Below are positions 10,075-19,492 of a DNA stretch of 64,000 nucleotides, piece by piece; positions within the stretch are counted from its first letter, which is position 1, and every line of letters starts with the position of its first letter. Origin of the DNA: Candidatus Fervidifonticultor sextus (lineage in GTDB: Bacteria; Sysuimicrobiota; Sysuimicrobiia; Sysuimicrobiales; Humicultoraceae); NCBI GenBank assembly GCA_031459875.1, contig JAVKHQ010000014.1:10620-74619 (forward strand), read 5' to 3'. Below the pieces are notes generated by a model. It ran no database searches. It had not been told where the DNA came from and worked only from the letters and a program-made list of their open reading frames with translations. Both the position numbers and the translations under genes were made by a program.

Positions 10075-10542
10075 TCACGCCTCCGCGATGGCGCGCTGCT
10101 CCTCTTCCGACAACGCAAACGTCGAGCGGCCTGCGCTCACCGGCTTGGCGTAAGCCCGGGCTCCGTCACGGTCGTTGAGGACGCTGAGAACGACACCGTC
10201 CCGCCGGGCGTCCAACAGCGCGACGGTGAAGCTCAGGTGGCCGCCCATGTCCTTGAAGGCGTCGTAGCGGACGAGGCCCACGCGCTGGAGGGCGCGCGCC
10301 GCCTGCTCGGCCATCTTATCCGTCCGACCGGCGAGATGGTCGAGCCGCCGCGACACCTCAGCCAGTTCCCGCCCTACGGATTCCAGGCGCTCCACGATCC
10401 TGGGGTCAGCGCCGGCGGAAGCCATCCGCCACGCCACCGTGCGCAGACGCAAGGCGAGGACGACGACCAGGGCCGCCAGCGCCACGTTGAGGAGCAGGAC
10501 GTAGGGAATCAGCAGGGTGAGGGGATCAGGACCTGCGGGCAT
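10075..10542 (-). CDS. DUF4446-like membrane-anchored protein
   Basis: N-terminal TM, coiled coil, VRYDAF.DMGG.LSF..ALLD, YAKP, LS.EE. Confidence 0.75.
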   Translation of the reverse strand: MPAGPDPLTLLIPYVLLLNVALAALVVVLALRLRTVAWRMASAGADPRIVERLESVGRELAEVSRRLDHLAGRTDKMAEQAARALQRVGLVRYDAFKDMGGHLSFTVALLDARRDGVVLSVLNDRDGARAYAKPVSAGRSTFALSEEEQRAIAEA

Positions 10543-10605
10543 CGCCCACTCTCGCCTCCGGAACCCACGATTTGTCTTCCACGATGGCGCAAAAGACTCC
10601 TGTCC

Positions 10606-11322
10606 TCACCGCCCCAATGCCCGCGCGAGGTGGGAGAGCCACGGCGCGACCCCCTCGAGCACCACGGACACCACCAGGGCCGGCACCAGATTGCCCACAC
10701 GGATCCGCCGGATCTGCAGGATGCCCAGGCCCAACCCGACAATCAGCACGCCGCCGGTCGCCGTGAGTTCCCGCGTCATGGCGGGCGACAACCCGCCCTG
10801 CAGCGCGCCGGCGGCCAGGGTCATCGCGCCCTGATAGACGAACACCGTGACCGCAGACAAAAGCACCCCCGCCCCCAGCGCCGCCCCGATGGCCACTGCC
10901 GAGATGCCGTCCAGCATCGATTTCGTATAGAGCAGCACAGGAGGCTGCCCCAGGCCGTCCTGAATCGCCCCGAGCACGGCCATCGGCCCCACGCAGAACA
11001 GCAGGCTGCTCGTCACGAAGGCCGCCGCGCCCGTCTGCGTCTCGCCCGCTGCCCCCACGCGTCGCTCGGCCCAGCGGCTGAGGATCTCGATGCCGTCCTC
11101 AATGTGGAGGGCTTCGCCGATCACGCCACCTGCGACCAGACTCACGATCACACCGAGGACATTCTGGGTCTGCAGGGCCATCTGCATCCCGATGAGCAAC
11201 GTGGCCAGGCCGATGCCCATCATGACGGTCTCCCGTATCCGATCCGGGATACGCCGCCGCAGCAGCAGACCGGCGGAACCCCCGGCGAGCACGGCCACGG
11301 TGTTGACGATGGTCCCCTGCAT
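10606..11322 (-). CDS. DUF554 family membrane protein
   Basis: GTIVN, FCVGPMA.LG...DG, KSMLDG. Confidence 0.85.
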   Translation of the reverse strand: MQGTIVNTVAVLAGGSAGLLLRRRIPDRIRETVMMGIGLATLLIGMQMALQTQNVLGVIVSLVAGGVIGEALHIEDGIEILSRWAERRVGAAGETQTGAAAFVTSSLLFCVGPMAVLGAIQDGLGQPPVLLYTKSMLDGISAVAIGAALGAGVLLSAVTVFVYQGAMTLAAGALQGGLSPAMTRELTATGGVLIVGLGLGILQIRRIRVGNLVPALVVSVVLEGVAPWLSHLARALGR

Positions 11323-11359
11323 CCCGAATGCCCCCGGCGGCTCTGGGTGCCGCCGTCGC

Positions 11360-11965
11360 TCAGGCGCCCGGCTCCCCAGGCCTGCCGTCTAGATCCAGTT
11401 CGTCGGCGATCCCCCGCATCGCCTCAACGACGACCGCCACGTGCTCGTCGAAGGGCACGCCCAGCGACTCGGCGGCGCGCACGAGTTCGTCGCGGCGTAC
11501 TGCGCGCGCGAATGCCTTGTCCCTCATCTTGCGGCGCACCGCCGGCGGATCGACCTCGTGCAGGCTCCGGGACGGCCGCACCAGCGCGACGGCGACGATG
11601 AACCCGGTCAGTTCGTCACAGGCATGCAGGGCGTGCTCCATCCTGGACCGTCTGGGGACGCCGGTGTAATCGGCATGCGAGAGGATCGCCCGGCAGACCA
11701 CCTCGGGATAGCCGAGCGACCGAAGGTGCTCTACCCCGCGGAAGGGGTGCCCCGCCTCCTGAGAGGGATAGCGCTCATAGTCGAGGTCATGGAGCAGCCC
11801 GACTAACCCCCACAGGTGCTCGTCCTCGCCAAACCGCCGGGCGTAACCGCGCATGGCTGCTTCCACCGCCAGCATGTGCTTGCGGAGGTTGGCGTTGGGA
11901 GTCCACTCACAGAGGAGCGCCCAGGCAGCTTCTCGGGAAGGCAGGGTTACCGCGGGATCCGTCAT
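11360..11965 (-). CDS. HD-domain protein
   Basis: KHMLAVEA, GLLHDLDYE, DELTGF, K.FARAV.R. Confidence 0.85.
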   Translation of the reverse strand: MTDPAVTLPSREAAWALLCEWTPNANLRKHMLAVEAAMRGYARRFGEDEHLWGLVGLLHDLDYERYPSQEAGHPFRGVEHLRSLGYPEVVCRAILSHADYTGVPRRSRMEHALHACDELTGFIVAVALVRPSRSLHEVDPPAVRRKMRDKAFARAVRRDELVRAAESLGVPFDEHVAVVVEAMRGIADELDLDGRPGEPGA

Positions 11966-12888
11966 CTCATGGGCTCCCGACGGCTCATGAGGAGGTCCAC
12001 CAGGCGCTCAAGATCTTCGATAGAGAAGAAAGTAATACGAATCTCTCCCCGGCCCTTGCCCCTCACGTCCACCTTGATCGGCGTACCTAGTCTATCTTGA
12101 AGAGATTGTTGAATAATGAGTATTTCTCCACTGATGCCACGCGGCCGACGCCGGCGTATTTCACGTGAAATAGCAGCACGCCGCGCTGCGACTTCTGTGG
12201 CCCTGACTGACAGTCCCCTAGACTCCACCTGCCTCCACACTTGCAACAGCCGCCCCTGGTCCTGAAGGGTCAGCAGAGCTCTGGCGTGCCCTTCACTGAT
12301 CCTGCCGGCCTCCAGAGACGCCTGCACCTCCCCGGGAAGTGAGAGCAACCTGAGCGTGTTGGCCACGGAAGGCTGACTCCGACCGACCCGTCTGGCTACA
12401 TCCTCCTGGCTCAGCCCGAAGTCCTCAATCAATCGCCGGTAGGCACGCGCCCGTTCCAGGGGACCAAGGTCCTCCCTCTGCAGGTTTTCGACCAGGGCAG
12501 CCTCAAGAGCACTACGGTCGTCCAGGTGGCGAACCATGGCCGGGACTGTCCTGAGGCCAGCGGCAACGGCGGCCCTCCATCGTCGCTCACCCGCTACCAA
12601 CTCATAATCCTCTCCGGATGGGCGGACCAGCACGGGCTGGAGGACACCGTGCTCTCGGATAGAAGCCTGAAGCTCCGACAGAGGCTCGCTGCCGAATGCC
12701 GTGCGGGGTTGGAGAGTGTTGGGTCGGATCCGATCCACCGGGATCTCGACGACGCCCTGGTCCGGTGTGAGGTCCGCACCGGGAATGAGTGCGCCGAGCC
12801 CCCGGCCGAGGGCACGACGCGCACCGGGCTGGCCTGGCAATCTTGGTCGACCCTCCCCATCAGAGGGTCGCGGAGGGCTGTCGGCCAC
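11962..12888 (-). CDS. parB: Chromosome partitioning protein ParB/Spo0J
   Basis: GRGLGAL, QPR, GERRWRA CTPase motif, ENLQREDL, HTH. Confidence 0.96.
   Translation of the reverse strand: MADSPPRPSDGEGRPRLPGQPGARRALGRGLGALIPGADLTPDQGVVEIPVDRIRPNTLQPRTAFGSEPLSELQASIREHGVLQPVLVRPSGEDYELVAGERRWRAAVAAGLRTVPAMVRHLDDRSALEAALVENLQREDLGPLERARAYRRLIEDFGLSQEDVARRVGRSQPSVANTLRLLSLPGEVQASLEAGRISEGHARALLTLQDQGRLLQVWRQVESRGLSVRATEVAARRAAISREIRRRRPRGISGEILIIQQSLQDRLGTPIKVDVRGKGRGEIRITFFSIEDLERLVDLLMSRREPMR
12157..12172. promoter_or_regulatory. parS-like site TATTTCACGTGAAATA within parB
   Basis: Perfect 16-bp palindrome, two symmetric differences from consensus TGTTTCACGTGAAACA. Confidence 0.8.
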
Positions 12889-13660
12889 GGGCGATCACCT
12901 CCTGGGCAAGGGCGTGATAGGCCTGAGCGCCCCGCGAGGTCGGGTCGTAGAGAGTGATGGGCTTTCCATGACTGGGCGCCTCGGCCAGCCGTACGCTCCG
13001 CGGGATCACCGAGTCGTAAACCCGGTCGCCGAAGAACCGACGGACCTCGGCCACCACCTGGTCTGAAAGATTGGTACGAGAGTCGTACATGGTGAGCAGA
13101 ACCCCGCCGATCTGCAGTGAGGGATTCACGTGCCGGCGCACGAGTTCAATAGAGTGGAGCAGCTGCTTTAGGCCCTCCAGGGCGTAGTACTCGCACTGGA
13201 TCGGGATGAGCACTTCGGTGGCCGCGGACAGCGCGTTGACGGTCAACAGCCCCAGAGAAGGGGGGCAGTCCAGTAGCACGTCGGGGTAATCTGCGGGCTC
13301 CAGCGCCCTTCTGAGCCGGATTTCGGCATCTTCCACACCAGCCAGCTCCACCTCGGCGCCCGCCAGGTGCACGGTGCTGGGTGCCACGTCCAGATCTGGA
13401 ACCGGCGACGGGAGGACGATCTCGGCCAGATCCACCCCGTTCAGCAAGACATCGTACATCGTCTTGCGGATTCGCGTCCGATCGATTCCCAGGCCGCTGG
13501 TCGAATTACCCTGGGGATCCAGATCGACCAGCAGCGTCCGGCACCCGGCGGCTGCCAGGCAGGCGCCGAGATTGACGGCGGTCGTGGACTTGCCCACGCC
13601 GCCCTTCTGGTTTGCGATGGCAACGACGCGCCGCACGTCCCTGGACGGATCATTCGGCAC
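12860..13660 (-). CDS. parA: ParA/Soj ATPase
   Basis: NQKGGVGKST, DLDPQGN, DCPPSLG, QCEYYALEG. Confidence 0.96.
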   Translation of the reverse strand: MPNDPSRDVRRVVAIANQKGGVGKSTTAVNLGACLAAAGCRTLLVDLDPQGNSTSGLGIDRTRIRKTMYDVLLNGVDLAEIVLPSPVPDLDVAPSTVHLAGAEVELAGVEDAEIRLRRALEPADYPDVLLDCPPSLGLLTVNALSAATEVLIPIQCEYYALEGLKQLLHSIELVRRHVNPSLQIGGVLLTMYDSRTNLSDQVVAEVRRFFGDRVYDSVIPRSVRLAEAPSHGKPITLYDPTSRGAQAYHALAQEVIARGRQPSATL

Positions 13661-13710
13661 GGACCCGGGTTCTTCCCGCCGTTCCCCCTGGCCAGAAACC
13701 AGACCGCCGC

Positions 13711-14427
13711 TTACGGAGGCCTGCCCAACCGCTTCGCGGCTCTGGGGTAGCCAGCCGGCGTGGGATTCTGCTTGCGCAGCACCAGCACGACGCTCTCGTG
13801 CTCGCTGTGGGGAAGCACGCGACGGGTGAGGCGCTCAACCGAGCCACCAAGGACGTCAATCAGCGGTTCGGCCGACCGTACCTCACCGAAAACCGTCAGG
13901 CCCTTGAGCAGGACCGCCTGCCCGCCCACCCGCAGGAGCGGGAGGCACAGTTCCACCGACACGGCGAGCCGGGCCACGGCCCGCTCAACGGCCATCGTGA
14001 AGGCCTCGCGGAATCCCTGCTGGTGCGCCAGGATCTCCGCACGGCCCCACTCGATGCGTAGATCGTTCAGGGCCAGGGTGTTGCGGACGTGCTCAAGGAA
14101 CGCCACGCGCCGCCGGGAGGCTTCGATGAGCGTCACGCGGAGGTCGCAGCGGGCGATCTTGATCGGAACGCCTGGGAACCCCGCGCCCGAACCCACGTCG
14201 ACGACGTCGCAGGAATCCGGAAAGCCAATTACCCCAAGCAGAACCAGCGAATCGAGCATGTGCCGCGAGACAACCTCGAGGTCGTCGGTCGCAGCCGTGA
14301 GGTTCAGCCGCCGCTTCCACCGGCGGATCTCCCGAAGGTACCATTCGAACTGCAGGAGGGCCGTTGGGGAAAGGTCCAGCCCCAGGTCTGAAGCCCCCTC
14401 CCGAAGGCGGACAAGCGGATCACTCAG
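13711..14427 (-). CDS. rsmG: 16S rRNA m7G527 methyltransferase; start probably non-canonical
   Basis: W.RRLNLTA, HMLDSL, DVGSGAGFPG, P..YPR; conserved N-terminus lies upstream of the first ATG (14259). Confidence 0.9.
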   Translation of the reverse strand: MSDPLVRLREGASDLGLDLSPTALLQFEWYLREIRRWKRRLNLTAATDDLEVVSRHMLDSLVLLGVIGFPDSCDVVDVGSGAGFPGVPIKIARCDLRVTLIEASRRRVAFLEHVRNTLALNDLRIEWGRAEILAHQQGFREAFTMAVERAVARLAVSVELCLPLLRVGGQAVLLKGLTVFGEVRSAEPLIDVLGGSVERLTRRVLPHSEHESVVLVLRKQNPTPAGYPRAAKRLGRPP

Positions 14428-15098
14428 GTCTCGTCGGTCGATCCGGACTCCTCATCGGCCTCTTCCTGCGCTGACGACTTTTCCATCCTGGGGACGACCA
14501 CGACGTACCGGAGGTCTTCCTCGCCTTCGCTGGCCGTCGTGACCTCAGGATGCCCGCGAAGCGCCAGGTGGACAATCCGTCGCTCCCGGGGATCCATCGG
14601 TTCCAGGGCTACGGGTCGCTTCTCGCGGGCGGCCGTCGTGGCGGCGCGGTGGGCCTCGGCAACCAACGCCGCCTCACGGCGCTTCCTGTAGCCGGCGGTA
14701 TCCACGAGCACCGGGGTCTTCAGCCCATAGCGCCGCTGGAGGTGGACCGTCAGCAGCAACTCCAGCGCGTCCAGCGTCCGGCCTCGTCTACCGATAAGGA
14801 CCCCGGAAGGCTGGCTGGCCACTTCCACCGCCATGGCGTCGGGACCTTCGTTCACGCGCACGGATGCCGAATACCCCATGAGGGTGAGGACAGTCAGCGC
14901 GAATTTCCTGGCCGCCTCTGCAGGTGATGGTCTCGGCGTGACGCGCACGCGTGCACCGCGGCCGCCAAACCCGAGGATCGCAGGACGCGGATCCTCAAGA
15001 ACCTCCACATCGACCAAGTGGCGCCCCACCCCGAGGATCAGAAGCGCGTTCTCGATGGCTTCTTCAATGGTGCGTCCCGTTCCTTCCACGGCGCTCAC
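14424..15098 (-). CDS. jag: Jag/EloR (KhpB) RNA-binding protein
   Basis: Jag_N G.TIEEA, KH LIGRRG.TL.AL, R3H ERRIVH; GTGA overlap with yidC. Confidence 0.92.
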   Translation of the reverse strand: MSAVEGTGRTIEEAIENALLILGVGRHLVDVEVLEDPRPAILGFGGRGARVRVTPRPSPAEAARKFALTVLTLMGYSASVRVNEGPDAMAVEVASQPSGVLIGRRGRTLDALELLLTVHLQRRYGLKTPVLVDTAGYRKRREAALVAEAHRAATTAAREKRPVALEPMDPRERRIVHLALRGHPEVTTASEGEEDLRYVVVVPRMEKSSAQEEADEESGSTDET

Positions 15099-15880
15099 GG
15101 CGCTGTCCGGGACTCGTCCTGGCGTCGCAGCCGCATCCTTGCGCGGCGACCTCTCGGAGGCGCGACCCCCACCCGTTTGGGCCTTCCGACCACGCTCAAG
15201 TATTCGACCATGTAAACCACCGTCGAAACGATCCAGTACACCGAGAGGCCCGTGGGAAACTGAAGCGAGAACCACGCAAAGATAATGGGCATAAAAACGA
15301 ACATTCTCGCCTGCTGCGGATCGGTGATGGACATCTGTTGCTGTATGAACGTGGTCAGCCCGGCCAGGATTGGGACCAACGCATAAAGCGGGAACCGGCG
15401 AATGACATCGAGGGTCGGAGAGGTGGCCAGGCTCAGACCGGCAAACCCCGAGCAAATTCGCGCGGTCGCGCACAGATCCTCGGCAAGTTGCGCTGAATAG
15501 CCTTTCTCGATGACGATCCAGAACGACATGGCATCGTAGAACAGGGGTTCCCGAAGCAGCGCGAACAGCGCCCACAGAATCGGCAGCTGGAGGAGCATTG
15601 GGAGGCACCCGCCCAGCGGGTTGGCCTTGTTGGCCCTGTAGAGGTTCATGACCTCGATGTTGAACTGGCGGGGATCCTTGCCGTACTTGCGTTTCAGCAC
15701 TTCAATCTGCGGCGCCAGGGCCTGCATGATCTTCATGGACTTGAGCTGCTTGCGCGTCAAGGGGTGCAAGACCAGCTTGACGGCCACCGTGAGGAGGACA
15801 ATCGCCCACCCCCAGCTCCCCGTCAGGTGGTAGAAAAACCGGAGCACATCGCCAAGGACCTGGGCGATTGGAGCAATCAC
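15095..15880 (-). CDS. yidC: Membrane protein insertase YidC/SpoIIIJ
   Basis: WGWAIVLLT, NPLGGCLPMLLQLPI, P.GL..YW. Confidence 0.93.
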   Translation of the reverse strand: MIAPIAQVLGDVLRFFYHLTGSWGWAIVLLTVAVKLVLHPLTRKQLKSMKIMQALAPQIEVLKRKYGKDPRQFNIEVMNLYRANKANPLGGCLPMLLQLPILWALFALLREPLFYDAMSFWIVIEKGYSAQLAEDLCATARICSGFAGLSLATSPTLDVIRRFPLYALVPILAGLTTFIQQQMSITDPQQARMFVFMPIIFAWFSLQFPTGLSVYWIVSTVVYMVEYLSVVGRPKRVGVAPPRGRRARMRLRRQDESRTAP

Positions 15881-15892
15881 AAGGGCTCCCCC

Positions 15893-16102
15893 TCAGGGAA
15901 CCGGATCGTACCCACCCGGGTGCAGCGGGTGACACCGGAGGATGCGCCGCACGGCCAACCAGACCCCGTGCACTGGACCGTAACGCTCTATCGCCTCAGC
16001 GGCATAGGCAGAACAGGACGGAAAATAACGGCACGCACGAGGGAGGAACGGTGAGATCAACCGTCTGTACACCCAGATCACTGCCAGCAACACACGCGTC
16101 AT
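15893..16102 (-). CDS. yidD: Membrane protein insertion efficiency factor
   Basis: [27 protein letters not shown]. Confidence 0.95.
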   Translation of the reverse strand: MTRVLLAVIWVYRRLISPFLPRACRYFPSCSAYAAEAIERYGPVHGVWLAVRRILRCHPLHPGGYDPVP

Positions 16103-16106
16103 GGGG

Positions 16107-16469
16107 CTATTCGTCCTCCGGACCGTCCCCGAGCAACCCTGCCGCTTCAAGCGCCTGCCGGATCGCCGCGCGGAGGCTGGCAGGCACAGCCGCCCCAGCC
16201 GACGCCCGCGGTACGATCACCAGATCCACCCCAAAGCGAACCTGGCCGCAGATCTCTCGCACGGCCTCACGCAACCGGCGGCGCAACCGGTTCCGCGCTA
16301 CCGCATGCCCGAGGCGCCGGCCGACAGCCAGGCCCAGACGAACCCCCCGATGCTGGTCAGGGCGCGCATAAAGCACCAATAGCGCTGTCGAGCAACGGAA
16401 TCCTTCGCGGTAGACGCGGCGGAAGTCGTGTTCCTTCGCGAGCCGCCCGAGCGGGCGCGCGGATGCCAT
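16107..16469 (-). CDS. rnpA: RNase P protein component
   Basis: [23 protein letters not shown]. Confidence 0.95.
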   Translation of the reverse strand: MASARPLGRLAKEHDFRRVYREGFRCSTALLVLYARPDQHRGVRLGLAVGRRLGHAVARNRLRRRLREAVREICGQVRFGVDLVIVPRASAGAAVPASLRAAIRQALEAAGLLGDGPEDE

Positions 16470-16472
16470 CCG

Positions 16473-16613
16473 CTATCCGGAGACGGTCAGCCGGTGCCTC
16501 CCCTTGGCGCGACGGCGCTTCAACGTTCGCCGACCGCCGGGCGTGCGCATCCTGCCCAGAAACCCGTGTACCCGTCTCCGCGGGTGCTTCTTGGGTTGAT
16601 AAGTGCGTTTCAC
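16473..16613 (-). CDS. rpmH: 50S ribosomal protein L34
   Basis: KRTYQP..HGF..RM.T.GGR..L.RRR.KGR. Confidence 0.97.
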   Translation of the reverse strand: MKRTYQPKKHPRRRVHGFLGRMRTPGGRRTLKRRRAKGRHRLTVSG

Positions 16614-16638
16614 CAAACCCCCCCCCAGCGCACGGCCT

Positions 16639-16667
16639 ACTATAACACAGACCCCGGAACCCAGCAA
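16639..16667 (-). promoter_or_regulatory. Putative sigma70-type promoter of rpmH
   Basis: TTGCTG-17nt-TATAGT with extended TG. Confidence 0.6.
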
Positions 16668-16754
16668 CGGCCGGACGTAGTCAGACACGGCGTTGACCGT
16701 TCTCGTCGTGCTCCCTTCGGCCTTCTGTGAGCAGGTTGTGAGCAACCCGCTATC

Positions 16755-16986
16755 TTGTCCACATTTTGCGTCACGGACGTACGCTGACATTGTTACGAGC
16801 CACGTACCCATTGATCCATGCCGCTCAAGTTATTCGCAGCCGGTCCGACGTTATCCACAAAGTTCTCCACACCTGTGGATAACCGCCGGAAACGGCTTCC
16901 CGCGAGGGTTTACGCAAACGCTCTTCCCAAGAGGAGAACCCGCACAGACCTCGAAACTTCAATCTAGCCGCCCCGTGTTGTCCACA
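16755..16986. other. Upstream DnaA-box array (left part of oriC / dnaA regulatory region)
   Basis: TTATCCACA 16851-16859, TGTGGATAA 16874-16882, TTCTCCACA 16863-16871, TTGTCCACA 16755-16763 and 16978-16986, TTATTCGCA 16830-16838. Confidence 0.88.
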
Positions 16987-17103
16987 GGGATGCCACACCG
17001 CTGACCGCCCGGGGGTTGGCGTGAAAAGTCTCCCCCGAGAGGCTTCTCCGGTAGGAGTCCCACCCGGTGCGGCCAACTATCGTCTGCGCACGCCAGGAAC
17101 ACC

Positions 17104-17895
17104 ATGTCGATACGAGAACTGATCGCGCGCCTGATCGAAGAGCAGCGTGGCACCCTGTTGCCCGACGGCGACGAGGGCCCGGAGGTGCGATTGGCAGTCT
17201 ACGATTCATCCCTGGCCGCCCCGCAGGTCAGTTCGCTGCGTGGAGAAGACTTTCACTCCCTTGTCGGCGAACTGGCCGCCCGCACCTATGCGGTATCCCG
17301 AGAACGCGGTGGGCGTGTTCCCTATGTCGTCATTCGCGAAGTTGTGGAGAACCTCATCCACGCGTATTTCCGTAACGCGACCATTACGGTCCTGGACGAC
17401 GGAAACACAATCCGCATCGCCGACCAGGGACCCGGAATCACCGACAAGGAACGTGCGTTGCTCCCAGGTTTTTCCACCGCCACCGCCGAGATGCGCCGGT
17501 ACATCCGGGGCGTCGGCAGTGGCCTGCCCGTAGCCAAAGAACAGATGTCGTTTCTGGGCGGATCATTGACCATCGAAGACAATCTCGCCCACGGCACGGT
17601 GGTGACGCTTACCGTCCGACGTGACAGCCCACCACCTACATCCGCACCTACGGAGATCCCTGTTCGCCGTCATCCCGAAGTCACATCCCGCCGAAAGAAA
17701 GTCCTGTTATTGATCGCCGAATTGGGAGCAGCAGGCCCGACGATCATTGCCAAAGAACTCGACATCAGCCATAGCACCGCATATCGTGAACTTCAGGCGC
17801 TCCAATCTCTTGGTCTTATTACCGGAAAAGGACGTGGTAAGCGCACGCTGACCGAGGAAGGTATCGCTTTCCTGGACGTGGTCTTCAAAACCTAG
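17104..17895 (+). CDS. GHKL (HATPase_c) ATPase fused to a C-terminal winged-helix domain
   Basis: N-box [10 protein letters not shown]1 DQGPGI, F-box PGFST, G2 GVGSGL, G3 GTVVTL; Pro/Thr linker; [38 protein letters not shown] wHTH. Confidence 0.85.
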   Translation: MSIRELIARLIEEQRGTLLPDGDEGPEVRLAVYDSSLAAPQVSSLRGEDFHSLVGELAARTYAVSRERGGRVPYVVIREVVENLIHAYFRNATITVLDDGNTIRIADQGPGITDKERALLPGFSTATAEMRRYIRGVGSGLPVAKEQMSFLGGSLTIEDNLAHGTVVTLTVRRDSPPPTSAPTEIPVRRHPEVTSRRKKVLLLIAELGAAGPTIIAKELDISHSTAYRELQALQSLGLITGKGRGKRTLTEEGIAFLDVVFKT

Positions 17896-17939
17896 CCGTC
17901 CACAGACAGGTTTCGAAAATACGAGAAAAGGAGCACATC

Positions 17940-19292
17940 GTGTCGATCGAAGTTTCCCCGTCGGAAATCTGGGCCGAAACGCTCCAGCGAATCGAACACC
18001 AACTGAACAAGCCCACTTTGGAGTCGTTCCTTAAGATCATGCGGCCCATCAGCCTCCAGGGCGACACCTTCGTCTTCGGCGTCCCCAACCGATTCGCCAA
18101 GGACTGGGTGGAACAACGCCTCCTCACCATGGTTCGAGGTGCCCTGCAGGCAACCGTCGGGCGAGCTGTTGATGTTCGTATCACCGTCACCGAGGCACCT
18201 CCCGTGCCTCCACCGTCAATCCACAGACTTCCCGCATCGTCGGTAGGGCCCCGGGTACCAGAAGGACTCCACCTCTCCCCAAAATACACTTTCGAGACAT
18301 TCGTGGTCGGCGTCGGGAACCGCTTTGCTCACGCCGCCGCCATGGCCGTCGCCCAGGCTCCTGCACGCGCCTACAACCCTCTCTTCATCTACGGCGGCGT
18401 CGGACTGGGCAAGACGCACCTTCTCCAGGCCATTGGTCACCTTGTCCTGGCATCGGGATCGTTTCGCGTTGCCTACGTAAGCAGCGAAAAGTTCACCAAC
18501 GAGTTGATCAACTCTATTCGCGACGACAAGACCGTGGAGTTCCGCCAGCGATACCGCAACGTGGATGTCCTCCTCATCGACGATATCCAGTTCCTTGCTG
18601 GCAAAGAACGCACTCAAGAAGAATTTTTCCATACGTTCAACACTCTCCACGAAGCCAACCATCAGATCATCATCACTTCGGACCGACCTCCCAAGGAAAT
18701 CCCTACCCTGGAAGATCGTTTGCGCAGTCGTTTCGAGTGGGGGCTCATCGCCGACATCCAACCACCGGATCTTGAGACCCGTATCGCCATTCTCCGCAAG
18801 AAAGCCGAAATCGATGGTATCTCCGTTCCCGACGAAGTCGCCGAGTTCATTGCTCAACGCATACCTACCAACATTCGCGAGCTCGAAGGAGCCCTCGTCC
18901 GCGTGGTCGCTTACGCCTCGCTCACCCGATCGCCTATCAATGTGGAACTCGCCAGCGATGTGCTGCGCGACCTGCTGCCGACCACCCGAACCCGTGTAGT
19001 GACCATTCCTGCCATTCAAACCGCCGTTGCCGAATTGTTCGGTATCCGCGTCGAAGAGATGCGTGCCAAACGCCGTACGAAAGGTGTGGCCTTTCCGCGC
19101 CAGGTGGCCATGTACGTCGCCCGAGAACTCACCGATGCGTCCCTGCCCCGCATTGGGGAAGAATTCGGCGGCCGCGACCACACCACTGTCATGCACGCGT
19201 GCCAGCGGGTCCGAGAGGCCCTACGGCGCGACACCCACCTCGCAGCCAGCCTCAAACACCTCATGGAAGACCTGCAACGTCAGGTGGGATAA
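17940..19292 (+). CDS. dnaA: Chromosomal replication initiator DnaA
   Basis: [47 protein letters not shown]. Confidence 0.99.
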   Translation: MSIEVSPSEIWAETLQRIEHQLNKPTLESFLKIMRPISLQGDTFVFGVPNRFAKDWVEQRLLTMVRGALQATVGRAVDVRITVTEAPPVPPPSIHRLPASSVGPRVPEGLHLSPKYTFETFVVGVGNRFAHAAAMAVAQAPARAYNPLFIYGGVGLGKTHLLQAIGHLVLASGSFRVAYVSSEKFTNELINSIRDDKTVEFRQRYRNVDVLLIDDIQFLAGKERTQEEFFHTFNTLHEANHQIIITSDRPPKEIPTLEDRLRSRFEWGLIADIQPPDLETRIAILRKKAEIDGISVPDEVAEFIAQRIPTNIRELEGALVRVVAYASLTRSPINVELASDVLRDLLPTTRTRVVTIPAIQTAVAELFGIRVEEMRAKRRTKGVAFPRQVAMYVARELTDASLPRIGEEFGGRDHTTVMHACQRVREALRRDTHLAASLKHLMEDLQRQVG

Positions 19293-19420
19293 CCTGTGCA
19301 CGCCCGCGCATTGTGCCTCAGGGCCTCACGTGACACACTACCTGGCATCCCCACAGAGTCCACACGTTATACGGCATTCCGGCATGGTTACACCTTCGGT
19401 TCCTGCGCCCTTTACAGGAC

Positions 19421-19480
19421 TTTTCCCCATTTTCCACGCTGAGTACTACGATGACTAATTTTTCTCTACAATAAACTAAA
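19421..19480 (+). other. Putative oriC unwinding module (tandem DnaA boxes, DnaA-trio-like run, AT-rich tract)
   Basis: TTTTCCCCA-TTTTCCACG, then GTA CTA CGA TGA CTA, then ATTTTTCTCTACAATAAACTAAA; visible C-rich to G-rich switch on the + strand here. Confidence 0.7.
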
Positions 19481-19492
19481 GAGGAGTACTGT

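Noticed and set aside
17104..17895. Classical sensor histidine kinase
   Set aside because: No TM or sensor domain, no clear H-box, no response regulator; it has a C-terminal wHTH instead.
19322..19337. Second parS (GGCCTCACGTGACACA)
   Set aside because: Only the 8-bp core is palindromic; four mismatches to consensus.
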